Positions 27,729-42,981 of a stretch of DNA of 64,000 bases are shown here, piece after piece (within the stretch, counting starts at the first letter, position 1; each line of letters opens with the position of its first letter). The stretch lies in assembly GCF_009914755.1 (NCBI RefSeq), contig NC_060926.1; one strand, written 5' to 3'. The translations under genes and the position numbers were made by a program. Below the pieces are notes generated by a model. The model was not told the DNA's origin. It did not search any database and worked only from the letters and a program-made list of their open reading frames with translations. The DNA comes from the human T2T-CHM13v2.0 reference genome, Homo sapiens.

Positions 27729-30700
27729 TACTGTCCTTGGCATATGGTATGTGCTTAAAATATCTGCCAAAGGAATGTTAAATGATGCAGCATTTAGAGA
27801 CATATTATATGGGGAAAAAAAACTATATGCAGAAGTAGAATAAGTTATTTTGTAAGCAATTATTTGATTTGTAATTAGAAGTTGGGTCTTTCTTTTAATT
27901 GATTATCTTAGAAGGTTGTCAGAAAATAAAACTGTTAATACATCTTACTGTGGCCTTAACCATTTGACCCTCATCTCCTTTTTTCTCAGAGAATGCGGCA
28001 GAGAAAAAGAGGAGAAACTGAAGAAGGGACTAAATAAGGCAAGGCTGGATCAGAAAAGATTGACTCTGAGGACTAAGAGAAACTGAAGCTGGGACCCAGC
28101 AGGGTGCTATTGACCTCCAAGTCCTTTCTCCACATTCCCCCATCTGCCCAACTTCCACAGCTCAGGGGTCTTTTCTCCTAGGGTTGAAATATGAATGGCT
28201 CTAAAATTTCCCAGTGAAAACCATCCATGAAGTTGTGTGTGGGAAATGAAATGCCAGCCCGTGGGTGTCAGCAACTGTGAAGAAAGCGTGGCATCCACGC
28301 TCACCTGGGCTTCCTTTGGTTTGCCTCATTAATCAGCTCCCCAGGTCATCGGCACGTCTCGCCTCAGGCTCACAGGTCTGGTTTTTGTATAATACACATT
28401 TCCCCCAGTTTTTATTTCATCTGTTTTTTTCAAGCAGCCTTTCCATTATTTCTGAACATTTGAGTTAAAAAAATGTAAATTACAGACGCCTGCGGATTGA
28501 CGTAATGTGAAAAGAAGGCGGCTGTTTCCCCTTCCTCCAAACAGGGGACATGGCTTTTCAAACTAATAAACCCCTTAAACCTCATGAAGCCCATTTCGAC
28601 CTTTTTAAATGGCTACTTTCAGAAGGGGAAGGGAAAAAGCAGCAGCGGGAGAAAGTGTTGGGGCCCGTGTCATGGCGGGAGAGGGAATGATCCCAGCTCG
28701 TGCAGATGGAGTCTGTCCCTTCCCTCAGTCGGAGGTCGTAGCCACCAAGAGACTGGCCATGCTGAACCTTGGAGGGGAAAGCCCACAGCATGGGGACAGG
28801 CCTCTGAAGTCCTGGTCGGAGGAGAGACTGAGCAGATGCAAGAGAGAGGAATTTTGTGGTACGGGGGGTTCTGGAAAAGGTGAGAGCAGAGGGATCAAGA
28901 GGGAAATAGGAGGGATCCACTTTGACACTGTGGCTGGGATTGTGGGTGGGAGGGCATTGGTGGGAGCAGGGGGGTTGAAGCTACCGGGGAGGCGGAGCCA
29001 ACATTGCCTGCCTTCTCTAAAAGCAGGGATTGAATATGGAGGAGATCATGGAGTTGGAGTTATGGACAGTAGGGAGATCTGAAATAGAGCAGTGAAAAAC
29101 TCAAGGGGACAACCAAAGCCGAAGGACTAATCGACCTCTAACGTGCAAGACTCTTCTGTTTTGAACACTCAGAGAGGACAGGCCCACTTAGTAATCTCTA
29201 GGGTTAGAGTCAAGGATTACTTTTCTCATTCCAGAGGGCTCTGGCTGTCTACCCAGGCATTGGGTCCTGTTCTGCCTACAGCCCTGAACCAAGCAGAGAG
29301 TAAGACACATAGGAAGTATCCAGAAATATTTATTGAATGAATGAATGAGCTAATATATGAATGGATGAATGAACAAATGGAATGAGCAGTTTCTAAACAA
29401 CTGTAATCCTTCTGACAGGAAGTGCGGGTGCCTTTTCTCCAAGAACACCAAGATTATTCCCCCAAAAAACAGCACTGCCATGTACAGTTCCACAGGTACT
29501 AGGGATCCAAATAAAATTTTTTCCTTTCAAAGCAGCCTATCATTCAGGAAGCAAAGCATTCTAATAATAATTGAGGAGTCTGTCTCTTGCTTTGTCTCTC
29601 TCCAGAGTTCAACCATCTGGGATTTGAAAATTAGAGAAGGCAGAAGGGACAGCAAAGTCCGCTTGGAAACTCCCTGGGGAGAAGCTGGCAGGGACCACCC
29701 TGTGCCTCCCCCACGTGTTGAATATCCTTGCTGTTTAGAGGCTGAAAACAGGTCTTTGAAGTTTCTGGCTTTGCCTCCAGCAAATCGGCCACAGCTTCCC
29801 TTATATTCCAGGCTGGTTTGAAAATAACTCTTCCAGTGCCTCCACCTCCCAATCCATGGAGGAGACTTAAAATTTAGCAAGCTTAGCCCTTCCCTGTCAC
29901 ACTCACATCAAAGGACAATGCTAGGGACCTCCAAGGGAAATACTTCCGCACCCCAGAACCCTGGGAGTCACATTTCCATCTAGGCAGCTGCAGGGGAATG
30001 GAGGAAATGTATCATACGAGCAGAGGCAACTCTGGAATCAGCCCTTCCTCTACTGAGGCCAGGGAGACGGGTTGCTACTCAAAAGGAAAATGTAGGTGTC
30101 CCCTGCAATTTGAACAGGCTGTGGATGTGCTTTACCATCGTCATGCTACTCTGGCTTCTAATTTAGGGAGCAGAGGGTAAGGCCTCTAAGAGCACAAAAT
30201 CTTTGAGCTAAACGGCTTTGAGTGAAAAGTACAATCACTTAAAAAAAAATACAACCGCTTATCAACTTTATTCAGCTCCTATTTAGACGTGAAAAATGCT
30301 CCAGAGGGAGGTTTCCTGAGCAAAGGCCAGGATTTACTGTGTATTTCCCACAAACAGGGCTCACTGGTTCCTTCTGTGAGAAATGAAACCCAGCGGACCC
30401 ACCCAGCAGGCCTCACGGGCAAAAAGGAGTCTACACCAGATTAAAAAAATCCACTTCAGGACTTTTTTACTACTGGAGTGGGCTGGAGAGCTGTCAATGG
30501 GCAGGAAAATAGCACATCTGGAATGCGGCTCTGTCCCCGTGCTGGCTGGTATAACTCAACATGTACGTCAGATCTTTTTTTTTTTTTTTTCTTTAATGGC
30601 CAAGATTTATCTGGCTTCTATTCATTTTTTAAGTCCAGGGTGAATATGATTGTTAACTTCTATACTTTTACATTTGTGTAAATTAAAAGCCATATTTCAC

Positions 30701-31859
30701 TACTGGGCAGATGGCTTGCTGCTTGCTTGCCTTAAATGTAAAAATGGCAAAGCTAAGCACTATAATCCAAGACATGGATTACCCAACTCACCCAGAAGAT
30801 ACTAAAAGAGAAAGATCTTGTGATTTCTTCACCAAAGCTATATCCCCTTTGTGCCTTTATAAAATCTAGTTCTAGAAAAGTTGGCGCCAAGATGCTCAAA
30901 CTGCAAGTAGACTTTTGGATTAATTTAGTCAGTCATGTTCTGACTGTGGCAACGAGAGGCTATTACAGGCTTTTTTTATTATTATTATTTGATTTTATTT
31001 TTTTGTAGCAAGCAAATTGGTTTGTAAAACAGATATAGCCGTTTTAACTCCTAAAGAGATTTGGAGGAAAGTGAGTGGATCCTTCCGGAAACAGCCACCT
31101 CTTGCTTTTTTTGGTTGGGGTTTGACATCCGTTTTTGAGCACAAGGGAATGTCTTTTTCATGGAAGTCCGTACTTGCCATTTTCTCTTAAGTTAAAAGCA
31201 AGAGCAATATAATAAACGTTTGCTAACAACCCCCCACATACTTAGATTTATTGGCTAGTTAAATCTTTAATGGTTAAAGTTAAAAACCTTTTATTTTAAG
31301 GGCTTGGGGATTTGCACAGCTGGAATGTTGCATTTTAATATATTCATATTGGAATGGAAAAGCCAAAGTGACCAGCACATTGACTTCTTTCTTGGATGTC
31401 CCAAGCTGATAACAGGCATAGCCTTGCCCCACGGCCTCCCTCCTCACCCCGAGCCAAGTCCAAAGAGGGGATGGGAGAAGGGGAGAGCAAGCATGCTACA
31501 GGGGCCATTTTGGGTGGCTCCCTTCCTACTTTCACTCTCCTGTTCTTGATCTGCCCTCGAAACACTGAGAAATCAAGGAGTCTCTACATTCTGATTCTGC
31601 CACTCAACTGACCCATCTTGGCAGGGTCACACTCTGCTGGTCTCACCCTTCTGGGAACTCCCTAATTTGGTCGTCTAGATTAGAAAGGCGGTGTGCAGCA
31701 GCAGTGGTGAAGGTGCTAGGGTCATTAACTTGATGAGGGTTGATAATGTGATGAAGGGAGATGGGAGAGAATGGAAGACTACCAAAGCACAATGGAAGGA
31801 CATGATTTGAGATAAGAGGTAGGAGTGACAGAAGTGACAAAGGGTGGTACTGATGACAT

Positions 31860-32035
31860 CTAACCAAATGCTTACTCTGTGCCAGGCAATTTCAAGTTGC
31901 TTTACATGAATTATTTCATGGATTCTCCAATCTAGTACTATGTTGCCCTTATACAAATAAGGAAACTAAGGTGTAGAGAGCTAAGCAACTCGCCAAGTCT
32001 AGAAAGAGATAGACCCAGGCAATCTGACTGGACAG
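31860..32035 (-). mobile_element. MIR
   Basis: GCTTACTCTGTGCCAGGCA...AAATAAGGAAACTAAGG. Confidence 0.72.
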
Positions 32036-33319
32036 ACTATAATTTTGATGGAGGCTTCAAAGAGATGGGGATGGGAATATGAGAGGCCTTGAAAATTGAG
32101 AGGCATGAGTGTTCAATCACTGCTAAAGCAGAACCAGGAAGGATAGTTCCATCACTTTCAGGAAACATGATTATGAGGAAATGCGCGTTCTCATGCACAT
32201 CCCACAAGTGCACACCGCCACTTCGTCCCAGTGGTTCCTCATGCACCTTAACACACAGAAGCATGTTCTGACAAAGATATTTTATGCACTCATCTACTCA
32301 CTTCACAGACACATGCTTCAGAAACACTATGGCACCAATGCATTCACACAGATGCGCCAACATTCACACTCACATCTTCTGGCACCACATGTACACACAC
32401 ATGCACACACACACGTGCACGCTGAGGGGGATATGAGATGCAGTTATCTCTTGATGATCCCTTGGGATTCTGCCATGCCTTTGTTTCTCAAATACTGACT
32501 GTTGTCTGTCCTACTGACAATGATCCACCTAGCCAAGGGTGGATCCTAAAGGATGCAGGATAAAGCACATGGATCAGATGGCCAGGAACACAAGATGATC
32601 CAAAGGCTCCCAGAAACAGTAGAGATAAAAGAATCTTCCACCCATCACTTTCAGTCTCCCATCCTAAGGGTCTTGGGCTCTCACCTTGAGAAGAGCCAAC
32701 CCAGCCTTTGCTAGTGGCTTCTGCCATTAGGGCTTAAAGGTCAAAGTTGGGGTCTTTGATCACCAAACAGGATGAACGCTGCAGACAGCAGGCATGTGGG
32801 TCATTCTTGCTAAGGAAACTTGACTGCTGAGCCCAGGAAGAGAACACTCAATGGAACACAACAGGCTTCCCGTGAATTTTCTAGCTCAGAAACGTTAATA
32901 TTTCTCAGATGGAGGCTCACAACGTTCACAGGGTTTTCAATTTCAAGGCCATTTTTGCTTTTTTTAAAATGGGGTTTGATGTTCTCTGCACAAACATAGG
33001 TTTAACAATTGACAAAGCACCAGACATCCTACCTTGGCACTTGTACGTCTGTCCTGCAGGACAGTGATGCCACTCAGCTGGTATTGTCTGCAAAACCATG
33101 ACTCTCTGTTCCCTGGCACAGAGACCTTGCCAATTGCAGGAAGTTGGGAAATAAAAGAAACTTTTCAAATAAAAAGATGTCAATTTAACAGCCAGGGACC
33201 TGGAAACAGATGTTCCTTGCCTAGACCAAGAGCCGCCCACCCGCCCATCCGTCCTCCGGGTTTTCAAAGTCACTTCTTGTCAGGTGCCCTGGTTAAGAGG
33301 GAGAATTAACGAGCTGTGC

Positions 33320-33660
33320 TCCATTTTACGGCTGCCGTCTGATGTGGGAGCTGTGTGCGGAGCACTCCGCGGACAGGCCAGCTCAGCCCCAGCCCTTCCT
33401 CCAGCAGTTCAGCCTGGATCAAAGCGGAGAGCAGCTCAGCTTTTATAGCAAAATGATTAAAACCACGTGGGGCTTGTTTCCTCACACGTGACCTCCCGAC
33501 AAAGTGCAGAGCGGGGAGCCAAGGAAAGGTGAACCCAGGGGTCTGTAGGCCCAGGGAAGAGTAGGACCCACGATGCAGACACATACCAAGTAAGCACAGA
33601 CGCGCATGCGCACTTGCTGCTTTACACGGACTAAAATAACACACCCTCACACGCATAAAT
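33320..33660. promoter_or_regulatory. CpG-retaining element with tandem E-boxes and an NRF1 palindrome
   Basis: CACGTG 33464-33469, CACGTGAC 33485-33492, GCGCATGCGC 33602-33611. Confidence 0.5.
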
Positions 33661-33969
33661 AAATGCTCTTTCCCTGCAGGTGGAAACGGCCCAGAATGAG
33701 CAGCCAGAGGCCTAATGGGCCAGGTTAGCTAGGACCACAAAGATAAGTAAATAAATACATAGTTCCTAGTTATTCAATTACGCCTAACACTTGTAGAAAG
33801 TACTACTGAATTATACTTGCAAAGTAAGGCCCAAATATCCCTCCAGCATATGGACAAATAATCTCTCACCTATCTGTAGTCTTCGGCAACTTCACCACAC
33901 CTGAAAATTACAGCTCCCTGATGGCAGGCAACTTTGCCTCTAAATTAATTGATTTGATCAAATGATCAC

Positions 33970-34746
<777 letters not shown>

Positions 34747-34879
34747 CCCACCTGGCTCCTTTTCCACCACTGAAAATTACAGCTTCTTCAATCTTTTCTC
34801 CTTTCATGGGCTATTCCTGTGCAGTCAGATAGAATTTACAACAAGCTTTAAGCACTTACACCATCAGCCTCACTGCTGC

Positions 34880-35275
34880 CTTTACGTCTCTGAGCTCATC
34901 TCAGCCACTCTGGCCTCTTTGCTGTGCCTTGAACACACCAGGTATGACCCGACTCAAGGCCTTTGCACTTCCCAGGGCTTGCTCTCCCACTTCCTTCAGG
35001 TCTTTGCTCAAACATCACCTCTTCAAAAGGCTTTCCCAGACCACTCTGCTTAAATAAATAAATAACCTCCATCTCACCCCTAGGGCTCCCTATTCCCCTT
35101 TCCTGCTCAGTTTTTGCCATAGCCTTTATCATCATCTCGCATACTGTCCCTCTTACTCATTTTATTTCTTGTTTGATTCTCTCCTCCCCAGGCCAAAGGA
35201 CAGGAATTTTTAGGGTTGTGTCTGTTTTGTTCACTGCTCCCTTCTGTGTCTAGAACCCTGTCTGGCACAATGTAG
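34880..35275 (+). mobile_element. L2 fragment
   Basis: CAGCCACTCTGGCCTC...CTTCCTTCAGGTCTTTGCTCAAACATCACC...TCTAGAACCCTGTCTGGCACA. Confidence 0.8.
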
Positions 35276-35280
35276 GGATT

Positions 35281-36110
35281 TTTCTTAGTCCATTCAAGCT
35301 CTATAATAACATTCCATAGAAATTTTTACTTCTTACAGTTCTGGAGCCTGGGAAGTCCAAGATCCAGGTGCTGGCAGATTTGGTGTCTGGTGAGGGCCCA
35401 CTTTCTGGTTGATAGGTGGCACCTTTTAGCTGTGTGCTCACATGGGAAGGGGCAAGGTAGCTCTCTGGGGCCTTTTTATATGGCCACTAATCCCATTCCT
35501 AAGGCCTCCACCTCCATGATTAAATGACTTCCCAAAGGCCCCCACCTCCTAACACTGTTACGGAAACACCAGGGGTTCCATCTAGGTCCTGCTGCTCACC
35601 ACACACAAAGCCAGTCACTGAGGCAATGAGTATTGCCAGGGAAGAAGGCTTTAATCAGGGGCTGCAGCTGGGGAGATAGGAGATCAGTGTAAAATCCATC
35701 TCCCTGACAAACTAAAATCAGGGGTTTATATAGCAGGGAAGAAATGTAACTACATGCAGGGAAACAGGAATTAGAGAAGGATAAAGAAGAGGAGTTGGTC
35801 AACAGGAAGCAGGTGGTTAGTTAGGCAGTCATGATGGCTAAAGGGTCTGGCCTCTCATGGTCCAGATGCAGTGATCTGGTTTCAGTTCCTTGATACTATC
35901 TAGCAGTCCTGATGGCTGGTTTCCTGAGAAAGGAACTCAGATAAAACTATTGTAACTTTCATAAGTTTTAAGACAGAGAGGGTCTATTTCTATGTTCATT
36001 CAAAGGAAACCTTAAACATCAGTTCTATGGGACAATTGTGCCAGTTTCAACACCAACACTTTGGGGGTTAGGATTTCAACATATGAATTTGGGGGGACAC
36101 ATATATTCAG
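35281..36110 (-). mobile_element. MST/MLT1A-type MaLR LTR interrupted by an ERV1 LTR
   Basis: CAGTTCTGGAGCCTGGGAAGTCCAAGATC...CCCACCTCCTAACAC | ...TTGGGGTTAGGATTTCAACATATGAATTTGGGGGGAC. Confidence 0.85.
35556..36049 (-). mobile_element. ERV1-class solo LTR (MER4-group-like)
   Basis: TG...CA termini (TGTTACGG ... CCAGTTTCA) with 4-bp TSD ACAC. Confidence 0.8.
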
Positions 36111-36184
36111 CAGCATTCAATAAGCACTCATTTAATAAATTAATGAATGAAGATACAGAGCTCCCATGTTCTCAAACACCTACT

Positions 36185-36548
<364 letters not shown>

Positions 36549-37299
36549 ATTACAAAGCAAATACGTTGCCTGCATTGTTGTTAATCCTCATAAAAACTCT
36601 GCAAGGTTGACACTGTTGTTTCTCAATTTACAGAATTTAAAATCTGAGACTAGGAGATGCTATCTTTTTCAAGGCCTCGCAAGGCTGTGCTGGGATTCAA
36701 GCCCCCAACATCCTTCTTCTACACTTTCTCCATTGTTTTGGATAGCTCTTTACAGTTAACAAAATGCCTTCAATGCAATGATCTCATCTGACCTTAACAA
36801 TAACCCTGGGAAAGAAGAATTGTAATTATCATCTCCATTTTGACATATATGAGAATCAAAGCTCAGAGAGGCAAAAGTATTTGCCCTGGTTGACACAGCT
36901 AGTGAACAGCAGAACCATTCTTCATTTCATTCAAAAGACATTTGCTGAACAACTCCCAGGTACCAGACACAATAGCTAATAGGATGTAATGCCTCAAGCT
37001 TTCTGGCTGCCCAGTCTTGTGGGGCTGAACCTTGGCCACTGCTGTGTGTTGAGTACTCATCCAGGGTAAAATGTGGATAATGTAAATGTTAACTTGTGTT
37101 GTCCAGACATGGCCTGAGAGTGGCTGGTCTGAAAGGAGATTGACAAGTGAGGGCTGAGATCACTGGGAAGCAGAACTGGAAGAGATGATGGAAGAAGGAG
37201 CTTTTTAAACACTGAGCCAGAAGATGTAGTAAGCAAGAGAAGGTTGAGGGTCAGAGCTTTTTAAAATCCCTTTTTATCCTCATTCCTCACTCCCATCCC

Positions 37300-37865
37300 C
37301 CGACTGGCAACCTTCTCAATGTGTTTGATGAGTATCATTTTGTTTCTTTGTGCTTTTGCAAAGTGCTTATTTTTCTTTTGTGCATAAGTGTTTTGATTCA
37401 TGCAAATAATATTATGTTGTGTATTTAATTTTTCCACCCAGCATTGTGTCAGAGATTCATGTGTGTTACTGCATGGACACTTAATCCATCGCTTCTAATT
37501 ATTACATAACATGGTGTGTACCTACCACATCTTACCCATCTGCTTCCCCAGGGATGACACCCAGACAATGCTGTGATGCACATGCCTGCCATGTCCCCTC
37601 CTGGGCCTGTGTGAGTTAGACTGCTGGTTCATAGGATATAGTCGTAATTCAGTAGTGCCTGCATGCTCTGCTCCCTGAGATATTCCCAGAAGCAGAGGAT
37701 GAGCAGTCATATACCCTCATATCCCTGCCAGTACTTGGTGTTATCCAGCTTTCTTATGCCTGCCAGTCTAATAGATGTAAAGTGGTATCTCATTATTGCT
37801 TTAATTTGCAACTATCTAATTATTCATGTGTTGGAGCAACTCTTTATATATTTGTTGGCCTTTTA
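37300..37865 (-). mobile_element. Old L1M fragment
   Basis: GTAAAGTGGTATCTCATTATTGCTTTAATTTGCA...TATTTGTTGGCC. Confidence 0.75.
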
Positions 37866-38149
37866 GATTCTCTGGAGTAAGCTAATCAGATTTAAAATGG
37901 AAGAGGGAAGAGCTGTCTGTTTAATTAATCTTGATTCCTGGGAAAGTCCAAAGGGTTGGGAGGTTTCCAGGCATAGGAACCAGGGGTGCTCAAGCTTACA
38001 AATGGAAAATGTTTCCAGGAGAACCACTGGACCTGAACTGGGAGGTTTTCCTTGGAAATCATCTTTTTGTTTCCCCCAAAATACAAGACAGCATGGAAAA
38101 CTGGATTTAACCAGTATGACTAGATATAACCAGCCAAAACATACTTCCT

Positions 38150-39060
38150 GGAAACATAAATAAGTTGAATTACATTAAAAGGAAGAACTTCTGCTCTTTG
38201 AAAGACATGATTAAGAGATTGAACAGGCAATCCACAGCGTGGGATGAGATATTTGCAAATATATATGGCAAAGGACTCAGATCCAGAATATATGAAGAAC
38301 TTCTACAAATTAATAAGAAAAAGACAAACTACTCAATATGGGCAAAAGACTTGAAAAAGCACTTCATAAAAGAGCATCTCTATATGGCAAAAATCATATA
38401 AAAATGTGCTCAACTTTTTAAATAATAAGAAATACAAATGAAAACATCAATAAGATGCCACTACACACCCACCAGAATGACTAAAATGAAAAAGACAGAC
38501 AATACCAAACATTGGCTGGAAAGTAAATTGGCGCATCCTCTTTGGAAAACTACTTGGCAATATCTTTAAAGATGCGCCTGTGCATACCCTTTGACCCAAC
38601 AGTTCCATCCTAGGAATTCATCCAAAAGAAATGTGTTCGTTAAAATACATGTACAAGAGTTTCATACACTCTAGCCTGGGCGACACAGTGATACTCTGTC
38701 TCCTAAAAAAGGAGTGTTCATAGCAGCATTATTCACAATACAAAACTTGAAAGCTACCCAAAGACTCATCAACAATATGGATAAATAATGGTGTTATATT
38801 CATGTAATGAAATACTACACAGCAACAAATATAAAAGAACTGCAGTTTTACTTTACACAAAGTACAAAACCAGGTGGAACTAATCTATGGTGAAGTCAAG
38901 ACAGTGATCACCCTCGAGCAGATATCAACTGGGAAGAAGTGGGAGAAATTTTCAGGGTGCTGGTCCCATGGGTGTGTTCACTTTGTGAAATTTCATCAAG
39001 GTGTAGTCTTATGATTTTTTAACTTTTCTGTATATGTTTATACTTCAATGAAACATTCAG
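38150..39060 (+). mobile_element. Old L1M 3' fragment
   Basis: CACTACACACCCACCAGAATGACTAAAATGAAAAAGACAGACAATACCAA; GTGTTCATAGCAGCATTATTCAC. Confidence 0.85.
38667..38710 (+). mobile_element. Severely 5'-truncated Alu (~44 bp)
   Basis: CACTCTAGCCTGGGCGACACAGTGATACTCTGTCTC + A6; imperfect TSD GAGT(G)TTCATA. Confidence 0.8.
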
Positions 39061-39323
39061 AAATATTACGTGGGTACCTACTTTCCAGCCCCAGTCCCAT
39101 AGTGACAAATCAGGAATAGGAGACAGCCCTGAAGGGAGAGAGAGTAGTTGGCAACGGGCTGCAGAATCATCGCCCACATACAAGAACAAATCCTCACCCT
39201 GCCTTGCTTTGCCAGTGGAGTACAAGGGAGTTCACAGCCAATATGTGCTTCGTGAGATTTCAGAGGAGGCAAGATAGCAGTGTCTTAAATGTGGGTAGGG
39301 TTTTATTAAGAACCAAGTACTTT

Positions 39324-39639
<316 letters not shown>

Positions 39640-41067
39640 CAAGTACTTTCCATGCATACCCCTTTGCAGCAGAGGGAGCAGAGATCTCTAAAGTCAATGT
39701 GACTTCCTTAAGTCCACACTGCCAGTAAATACCAGAGCTAGATCTAGTTCCCAGGTCTTCTAGTTTAGGGATCTCCCTCGCATGACACACTGCCAGCTGC
39801 ATCTGGGCTGAGGCAATCAGGAGGCTCTACAGGGGAGGAACAAGTTACACTGGAGGTTGAAGGATGGAGGCAATGCCCAAGGGCAGACAAAAGCAAATGC
39901 TATGGCAAGAAAGTGCCAGGGCCGTGAGCTCACAGCTTCAGTGGGATCTCAGCTTCCTGAAGTGGAGCTGTCAGAGGTGTTGCTAAAAGACAGGCAGGAG
40001 TGGCTAGGGAAGTGCAGAAGGGCCCCTCCGGCCATGCTCTCTTGCCCCTTCTCTAGAAGCCCTAGGAGACTCTCCTCCCAACAGCTCCCTGTGCCCCCAG
40101 ATTTATTTTGCTTTCTTTCGCTAAATCAAACTTTATCAGACAGTTTTACTGTCAGCCATTAAACCAAAATGTGTTTGTGCAACAGTAAACACCTTGTTAC
40201 TGCAGGGAAGGATTACATAAACAAAGGTGGGGACGAGACCTAACTCACTGTACCCAAGAGCTGTGCGGCCCTCAGTGGGGGATGGAGAAGGGCAAATGGA
40301 AGGGCACTTCAGGGGCGTCTGGAGGCCTGAGGCGAGGGGATAGGACACGCTCCAGCCTGAGGCTTCTGCCCTCGCCAGAATGGAATGAATGGCAAGTATT
40401 CCTCCAGTCAGAAGGGCACTGTCCTCTAGAGATCTCAGAGGGGGCCCAGGAACCTTGTCAGAGCCCTGAAGGGGGCAGAGGGGGAGGCAGAAAGGCTATT
40501 CTGAGGATGGGGTGGTCGGTTTGGATTAGAATGTGGTGTGATGGTGGTGGGTTGGGAGCTAAATAGGTGTGGGAAAAACTTGAAGCCTGGGATGAATCAA
40601 GAGAGGAGAGGGTTACGGTCAGATTGAGAAGACATGCAGGTAAGGAAGACCATGGCGGGGGGCTGCCCGCTTGGGCCTGAATTATTGGCCAAGGAGTGGA
40701 GAGACAAGGCCCCTTTTTGGGGTCAGTGGGGCAGAGAGGTTTAGACTGGCTTTGGGTGGGTGGCAGATACAGACATTGGGGTGTCAGACTAGAGGCAGGA
40801 CCAGTGGGCAAAGCAGCCAGATAGACCACCCCTCTGAGTACACCCAAGGTCTCAAGGCCTCCCCTCAGGGCATGTTTTCCTGCCCTTCCTCTGACCTTCT
40901 TCCACTCATCCTTGCTCAAAACCCTCTAATCAGGGCTGCTCGCTGAGCCAGGCTGCCACATGACATAAGCTGTCTAGGGACAAGCCTGAAAGACAGGCTC
41001 CAAGGGGACCCCAAGTGCTATGCAGAACAGAGGGGACATTCAGAGAGGAGGTGAACAAATAGATTAA

Positions 41068-41399
<332 letters not shown>

Positions 41400-41450
41400 A
41401 CAAGCACTTTCATTTTCAATCTCACACCCACACTTTGGGATAGAAAGTTC

Positions 41451-41595
41451 TGCTTAAGCTGGAAAAGTGAAGGCTGCAAAGAGCCATGATCATGCCACTG
41501 CATTCCAGCCTAGGTAACAGAGTGAGACCCTGTCAAAAGAAAGAGAGAAAGAGAGAAGAAAGGAAGGAAGGGAGAGAGGGAGAGAAAGAAAAAAT
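41451..41595 (+). mobile_element. Truncated AluJ/FLAM with GA-rich tail
   Basis: GGCTGCAAAGAGCCATGATCATGCCACTGCATTCCAGCC. Confidence 0.8.
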
Positions 41596-42660
41596 TAGCC
41601 CCACACACCAGGCTGCCTTTGGCATCAATTGTCTTATATCGCCTACACTGAGCATTTCCTGTATGGCAGTCATTCTGGTTCTATTATTTCATTTAATCCT
41701 CACACTCATATGAGACAGGTTCTTTTATTATTCCCTTTTATAAATGGGGAAACCAAGACTCAGAGAGGTTAAATTATTTAGCTAGGGTCTTACAGCTAGC
41801 AAATGGCTGAGTCAGAATTGGAGTCCAGATCTCTCTAATGCCAAAGGCTGTGCTCTTCCTGTCTGAGTCTGGGCTAAGAGGGTCTGGAGGAAGGGGTTGG
41901 GACATTGTGGGTGGAGGTTAGTAAAAGGGGTGGCCCACACACTAAAGGCTTTGCCCTGAACACTAGGCATGCAGAGGTCCCTACTGAAGAAGAAAGGGCA
42001 GTTATCAACCTCCCTCATGGTCCAAAGGGGCCGGCATGTCCCTAAACCCCTTCCTCAAACACTAGGATGTGCCTCCAGAGCCCTGGAAGTCTCTGGCCAT
42101 TCTAAGCTAAGAGTCTGTAGGGCAACAGCCCCAGCTTTCTGAAGTCCTGGCCTGTGGCATTCTTAACCCTGGAGGCCACAGCTCCCTCTTTTTTCCAAAT
42201 CCCAGATCCCAAGCACCCCTTCAGCCCCACCATTAGCCTTCTAATCTACTACTCAGGTACTTCGTCTCCCCATCACTACCCCAACCATCCATCCCTCTAA
42301 TACCCCCACCTCGACCACAAAGTGGCTCCATCAGCCGGCCACAGCCCTAAAGCCTGAGGCCACACTGCAGAGGCTTTACCCTAGAGGTCAGCATGACCTA
42401 AGAGCCTTAGATCACTGGGGCTGCAAGTCCCCAGGTCACTGCAATCTTTCTGTTCAGGCCCTAAGCACTCACAGGCCACTGACTTCATTAACAACCTAGT
42501 CCCTTCTGAGACTAGGGAATCAAACAAGCATGGATTCTGTGGTCTGGACCAGGGCCCAGGGCCACAAGTCTCAGGATTCCATTTGGCAAAATCACAAGAT
42601 AGGACTCAAAGGGGCAGGCCCAAGGTCCCAAGCTCAGAAGGGCTCGTGCCTGGTTATGGG

Positions 42661-42981
<321 letters not shown>

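Noticed and set aside
27970-28110. Acceptor-like polypyrimidine/CAG followed by purine-rich exon-like sequence
   Set aside because: No convincing donor or reading frame; cannot be supported without transcript data.
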